From assembly GCA_964631035.1 (NCBI GenBank), contig CAZVVX010000005.1, forward strand, positions 1,419 through 39,555: a DNA stretch of 38,137 nt, written 5' to 3'. This document shows, piece by piece, positions 35,849 through 38,137 of this stretch. The DNA is from an uncultured Candidatus Saccharibacteria bacterium. Its GTDB lineage: Bacteria; Patescibacteriota; Minisyncoccia; Phycocordibacterales; PALSA-1337. Each line of letters begins with the position of its first letter. Positions within the stretch are counted from its first letter, which is position 1. The notes beneath the pieces are model-generated. The model did not search any database and was not told the origin of the DNA. It saw only the letters and a list, made by a program, of their open reading frames with translations. The translations under genes were made by a program, and so were the position numbers.

Positions 35849-36829
35849 CTATGCGGACAAGGTCTTTAATTGATTAAGTATTACGTCTTCAATTTCGACC
35901 TCTCCTCCATTCAAAAGAGCTATAATCTTTTCTTCTGTATCGTAGCCAGGTATATGGATACTCTCGCCAGATTTTGTATTGCCACCTTTTACTTTCCTCA
36001 CAAGTTCCGAGGAATTCTTCTTAAACTGTTCTGTGCCAACTAGAAGGTCGGGGCTTAATGCGATAAATACCGTGCCCCAATCACCCTCATCGAATACAAA
36101 TGATGCACCAGTGAGTGCGCCTGCAAGAAGTTCAACAACCATTGCCAATCCTGAACCTTTGTATGAGCGGTCAAATGGAAGTATCGCTCCCTCCATTGCA
36201 GCTTCTGGGTCGATGGTAATGTTGCCTTCTTTATCGATAGCGACATTGTCAGGTAGCTTTTGACCAAGTGCTTTTGCACGAACTAGGCCATACCAAGTAA
36301 TTGCAGAAGCCGCCATATCAAAAACGATTGGATATTCTTCTGTTGGAAACCCAAAAGCAATCGGGTTAGTTCCGTAGGTTGGAGAAATTCCACCAGCAGG
36401 AGCAATAGCTCGTGGCGAGCTTGCTGCAACAATTCCGATTAAGCCTTCTTTAGCTAGCTTTCGTACATAAAAACCAATAGCACCAACACTTGAGAACGTG
36501 TCATTCAAGCCGACTATCGCAAAGCCATTTTCTTTAGCAATTTCAATTGCTTTATCTACAGCAACCTGTGCTGAAAGAGGGCCTGCTGCGCCACCCCCGT
36601 CTATCAATGCAGAGAGCTTGGTCTCTTTTACAACTTTTGCAGGATATTTAGGCTTAATGTTTTGTGCTGGCTCCGAACCTAAAAGCTTGAGAATACCTTG
36701 CGTGTTTTTGCCCGAAACTTCTGCATATAGCAAAACTTCCGTAATTTGTTCAGCTTCTTTTTTGGAGTAATTGTTTGCTGAAATTATATCAACAAGCAAG
36801 GCCTTTAATTCAGCTACTGGGATTTTCAT
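35849..36829 (-). CDS. Ldh_2-family (malate/L-lactate/sulfolactate dehydrogenase type 2) oxidoreductase homologue
   Basis: 326 aa. Family-typical segments EVLLYAEVSG...G, NPIAFGFP, FDMAASAITWYGL..A...G..LP....ID..GN.T.DP and SYKGSGLAMVVELLAGALTG. Stops 5 nt before the helicase ATG. Confidence 0.85.
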   Translation of the reverse strand: MKIPVAELKALLVDIISANNYSKKEAEQITEVLLYAEVSGKNTQGILKLLGSEPAQNIKPKYPAKVVKETKLSALIDGGGAAGPLSAQVAVDKAIEIAKENGFAIVGLNDTFSSVGAIGFYVRKLAKEGLIGIVAASSPRAIAPAGGISPTYGTNPIAFGFPTEEYPIVFDMAASAITWYGLVRAKALGQKLPDNVAIDKEGNITIDPEAAMEGAILPFDRSYKGSGLAMVVELLAGALTGASFVFDEGDWGTVFIALSPDLLVGTEQFKKNSSELVRKVKGGNTKSGESIHIPGYDTEEKIIALLNGGEVEIEDVILNQLKTLSA

Positions 36830-36838
36830 AATAGAAGT

Positions 36839-36867
36839 ATTTTAACACTTTTGGCCTTAATCGTTAA
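36839..36867 (-). promoter_or_regulatory. candidate promoter of the Ldh2-helicase operon (TTAACG-17 nt-TAAAAT)
   Basis: Hexamers on the minus strand at 36867-36862 and 36844-36839. The -10 ends 9 nt before the ATG, so the leader is very short. Confidence 0.3.
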
Positions 36868-37017
36868 GCGAGAAAATGGTAAAATGTAAAGACCTATGGA
36901 GCCGAAAACCTACAATTTCCAAAAGCCAGAGATACGCGCTAAAGCCTCACAGAAGGCTTGTACGGCTCCACTATATTCAAGCTTTCGGAAGAATTTAAGG
37001 GTAATAAAACCCAACTG

Positions 37018-37176
37018 GTGACCCTACAGGGAGTCGGTCATAGGTCTCGGCTTGCTAGCCTCGCCTACGACCCTGACTCGCTCGCCTTCGCTCGCTCCGT
37101 CTTTCGACTCTCGCCTAGCGATCACTAGCGATATAAAAAAGCATGGCCTAAAGGTATACTTTTTTTAATCGTGTGA
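37018..37176 (+). repeat. 159-bp direct repeat copy 2
   Basis: Identical to 33982-34140. Its last 4 nt (GTGA) are also the first 4 nt of the third core, which is part of the intact tRNA-Glu. Confidence 0.95.
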
Positions 37177-37245
37177 CCCTACAGGGAGTCGAACCCTGGT
37201 TAACGGATTGAAAACCCGTTGTCCTAACCGTTAGACGATAGGGCC
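37174..37245 (-). tRNA. tRNA-Glu (anticodon UUC), no encoded CCA
   Basis: Hand fold: acceptor GGCCCTA/TAGGGTC, D stem GTCT/GGAC, anticodon arm ACGGG-TTTTCAA-TCCGT, variable loop TAAC, T arm CAGGG-TTCGACT-CCCTG, discriminator A. Confidence 0.93.
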
Positions 37246-37306
37246 TAGTAAAAAGTACTATAACATTTTTTGAGAAAAAGGCAAAAAATGCTAGAGTTTA
37301 CTTTAT

Positions 37307-37393
37307 GGAAAGGTGGGTGAGTGGTTGAAATCACCGCTCTCGAAAAGCGGCAGGCCAGAAATGGTCTCGAGGGTTCAAATCCCTCCCTTTCCG
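37307..37393 (+). tRNA. tRNA-Ser (anticodon CGA) with a long variable arm
   Basis: Acceptor GGAAAGG/CCTTTCC, anticodon arm CCGCT-CTCGAAA-AGCGG, long variable arm, T arm GAGGG-TTCAAAT-CCCTC, discriminator G. Confidence 0.93.
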
Positions 37394-37425
37394 CTAATAT
37401 GCTATAATTTAATGCAAAATAAACC

Positions 37426-38067
37426 ATGTTAGCTTTTTCAATAAGTTTGATCTGGGGAATAATAATTGGACTCGCTTCAGCAATTCCAGTTGGACCAGTA
37501 GGACTTGTTTGCATACAAAGAACATTAGCTAAGAATAAGCTGTCTGGACTAATATCAGGTCTTGGTTCATCAATCGCTGATGCATGTCTTGCAATAGTTG
37601 GAGCATTTAGTATTAGATTTATAATAGACTTTATAGTTCAAAATCATGTAATAATGCGAATTTTAGGTTCTTTGTTATTGATCTTTATAGGTATCTCATC
37701 ATTTTATAATGAGAGAAATAAAGTAGCAGTGAAAATAGATACAGCATTGAGACATTTAGACGAATTTCTTTCAGGATTTGTTATGACAATTACAAATCCA
37801 CTAACAGCTTTTGTATTTTTTGCTGGATTTGCAAGTATAACTACCAAAGTAGGTCACAGTTTTACTATTTCCTTATTATTTGTTATTGGAGTATTTCTGG
37901 GATCAGGATTATGGTGGATAATTCTAACATTTGTTACTGACAGACTGTCTCATAAGATAAAAGAGGGCTACATTGATATAATAAATAAAGTATTTTCTAT
38001 ATTTATTGTAATTATTGGTTCTATTCTTCTTCTTAGTGTACTTTTTCGATTCATTGATATAATATAA
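37426..38067 (+). CDS. LysE/RhtB-family amino-acid exporter
   Basis: 213 aa, six TM helices. N-terminal GLASAIPVGPVGLVCIQRTL is typical of the LysE superfamily. TATAAT at 37403-37408. Confidence 0.8.
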   Translation: MLAFSISLIWGIIIGLASAIPVGPVGLVCIQRTLAKNKLSGLISGLGSSIADACLAIVGAFSIRFIIDFIVQNHVIMRILGSLLLIFIGISSFYNERNKVAVKIDTALRHLDEFLSGFVMTITNPLTAFVFFAGFASITTKVGHSFTISLLFVIGVFLGSGLWWIILTFVTDRLSHKIKEGYIDIINKVFSIFIVIIGSILLLSVLFRFIDII

Positions 38068-38085
38068 AAACACAATTTTGTATTT

Positions 38086-38137
38086 GCGCGATTAGCTCAG
38101 TTGGTAGAGCATGGGATTGACGTTCTCAGGGTCGCAG
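38086..38137 (+). tRNA. tRNA-Val (anticodon GAC), truncated by the window end
   Basis: GCGCGAT-TA-GCTC-AGTTGGTA-GAGC-A-TGGGA-TTGACGT-TCTCA... matches the acceptor, D arm and anticodon arm. The T arm is cut off. Confidence 0.85.

Larger units (their letters stand above)
33109..37191. mobile_element. GC-rich genomic island abutting tRNA-Glu, with no recombinase gene
   Basis: Composition switches at about 33109 and at the tRNA. There are three same-orientation copies of the tRNA 3' end. My spot count is 32/60 G+C at 36541-36600. The left boundary is approximate. Confidence 0.45.

Noticed and set aside
34440-36770. Plus- and minus-strand ORFs nested in the helicase and Ldh2 genes (34440..34700, 34498..34689, 35644..35877, 35979..36263, 36055..36279, 36498..36770)
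   Set aside because: Shadow ORFs in GC-richer DNA. The long minus-strand frames carry all the family motifs.
36890-37047. Inverted match TCGG(C)T(C)CATAGGTCT between 36890-36905 and the repeat at 37034-37047, considered as possible terminal inverted repeats of a MITE-like unit
   Set aside because: Only 9 contiguous identical nt, and an indel is needed to extend the match. That is within chance expectation for a 38-kb window searched on both strands, and there is no partner next to repeat copy 1.
37245-37514. ORF 37245..37514 (-), 89 aa
   Set aside because: It overlaps tRNA-Ser and the start of the LysE gene in antisense, and it abuts tRNA-Glu. It is an artefact.
1-38137. Search for CRISPR arrays, rRNA genes, IS elements, integrases, retron/DGR reverse transcriptases and toxin-antitoxin pairs
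   Set aside because: By eye I saw no regularly spaced short repeats, no rRNA-like conserved stretches, and no ORF with transposase, recombinase or RT motifs. A computational scan (minced, barrnap, ISEScan, DefenseFinder) should confirm this.

Overview
This is a very AT-rich bacterial chromosome segment. Intergenic gaps are short, many start and stop codons overlap, and the standard genetic code fits all long ORFs. The gene content (Com/T2SS-like pilus operon, secreted nuclease, FtsA-FtsZ, little metabolism) suggests a small-genome CPR/Patescibacteria-type organism, but that is inference only.

Gene order:
1. A minus-strand copper operon, csoR-copA-HMA/permease-cupredoxin, with a CsoR operator palindrome inside its promoter.
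2. A beta-lactamase-like serine hydrolase.
3. A minus-strand run: small protein, 7-TM protein, GAF-PAS histidine kinase, receiver-only regulator, uppP, Cys-rich pilin.
4. A mannoside module (two tandem GH130 genes, cupin, HAD enzyme), followed by a D-Ala-D-Ala carboxypeptidase.
5. A pilus operon: gspE, gspF, LVIVD-propeller pseudopilin, 57-aa mini-pilin (absent from the ORF track), minor pilin, major pilin.
6. A housekeeping block: typA, pth, lepB, hisS-like, rpsU, ybeY, ftsA, ftsZ, trxB, nuc.
7. tRNA-Glu, tRNA-Ser, a LysE-type exporter and a partial tRNA-Val.

Three visibly GC-richer insertions sit in this backbone, and none has a recombinase gene:
- A P-loop NMP-kinase-like gene at about 20.9-21.7 kb.
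- A 0.65-kb single-gene cassette at 24.4-25.05 kb, inserted exactly at the stop codon of a bPH/AlbA_2 gene, with a diverged duplicate of that gene's last codons.
- A 4-kb island abutting tRNA-Glu at 33.1-37.2 kb. Here a perfect 159-bp direct repeat, each copy headed by the 19-nt 3' end of the tRNA, brackets an Ldh2-family oxidoreductase + SF1 helicase operon.

The tRNA-Glu cassette is my best candidate for something undescribed. I saw no CRISPR array, rRNA, transposase or integrase gene.
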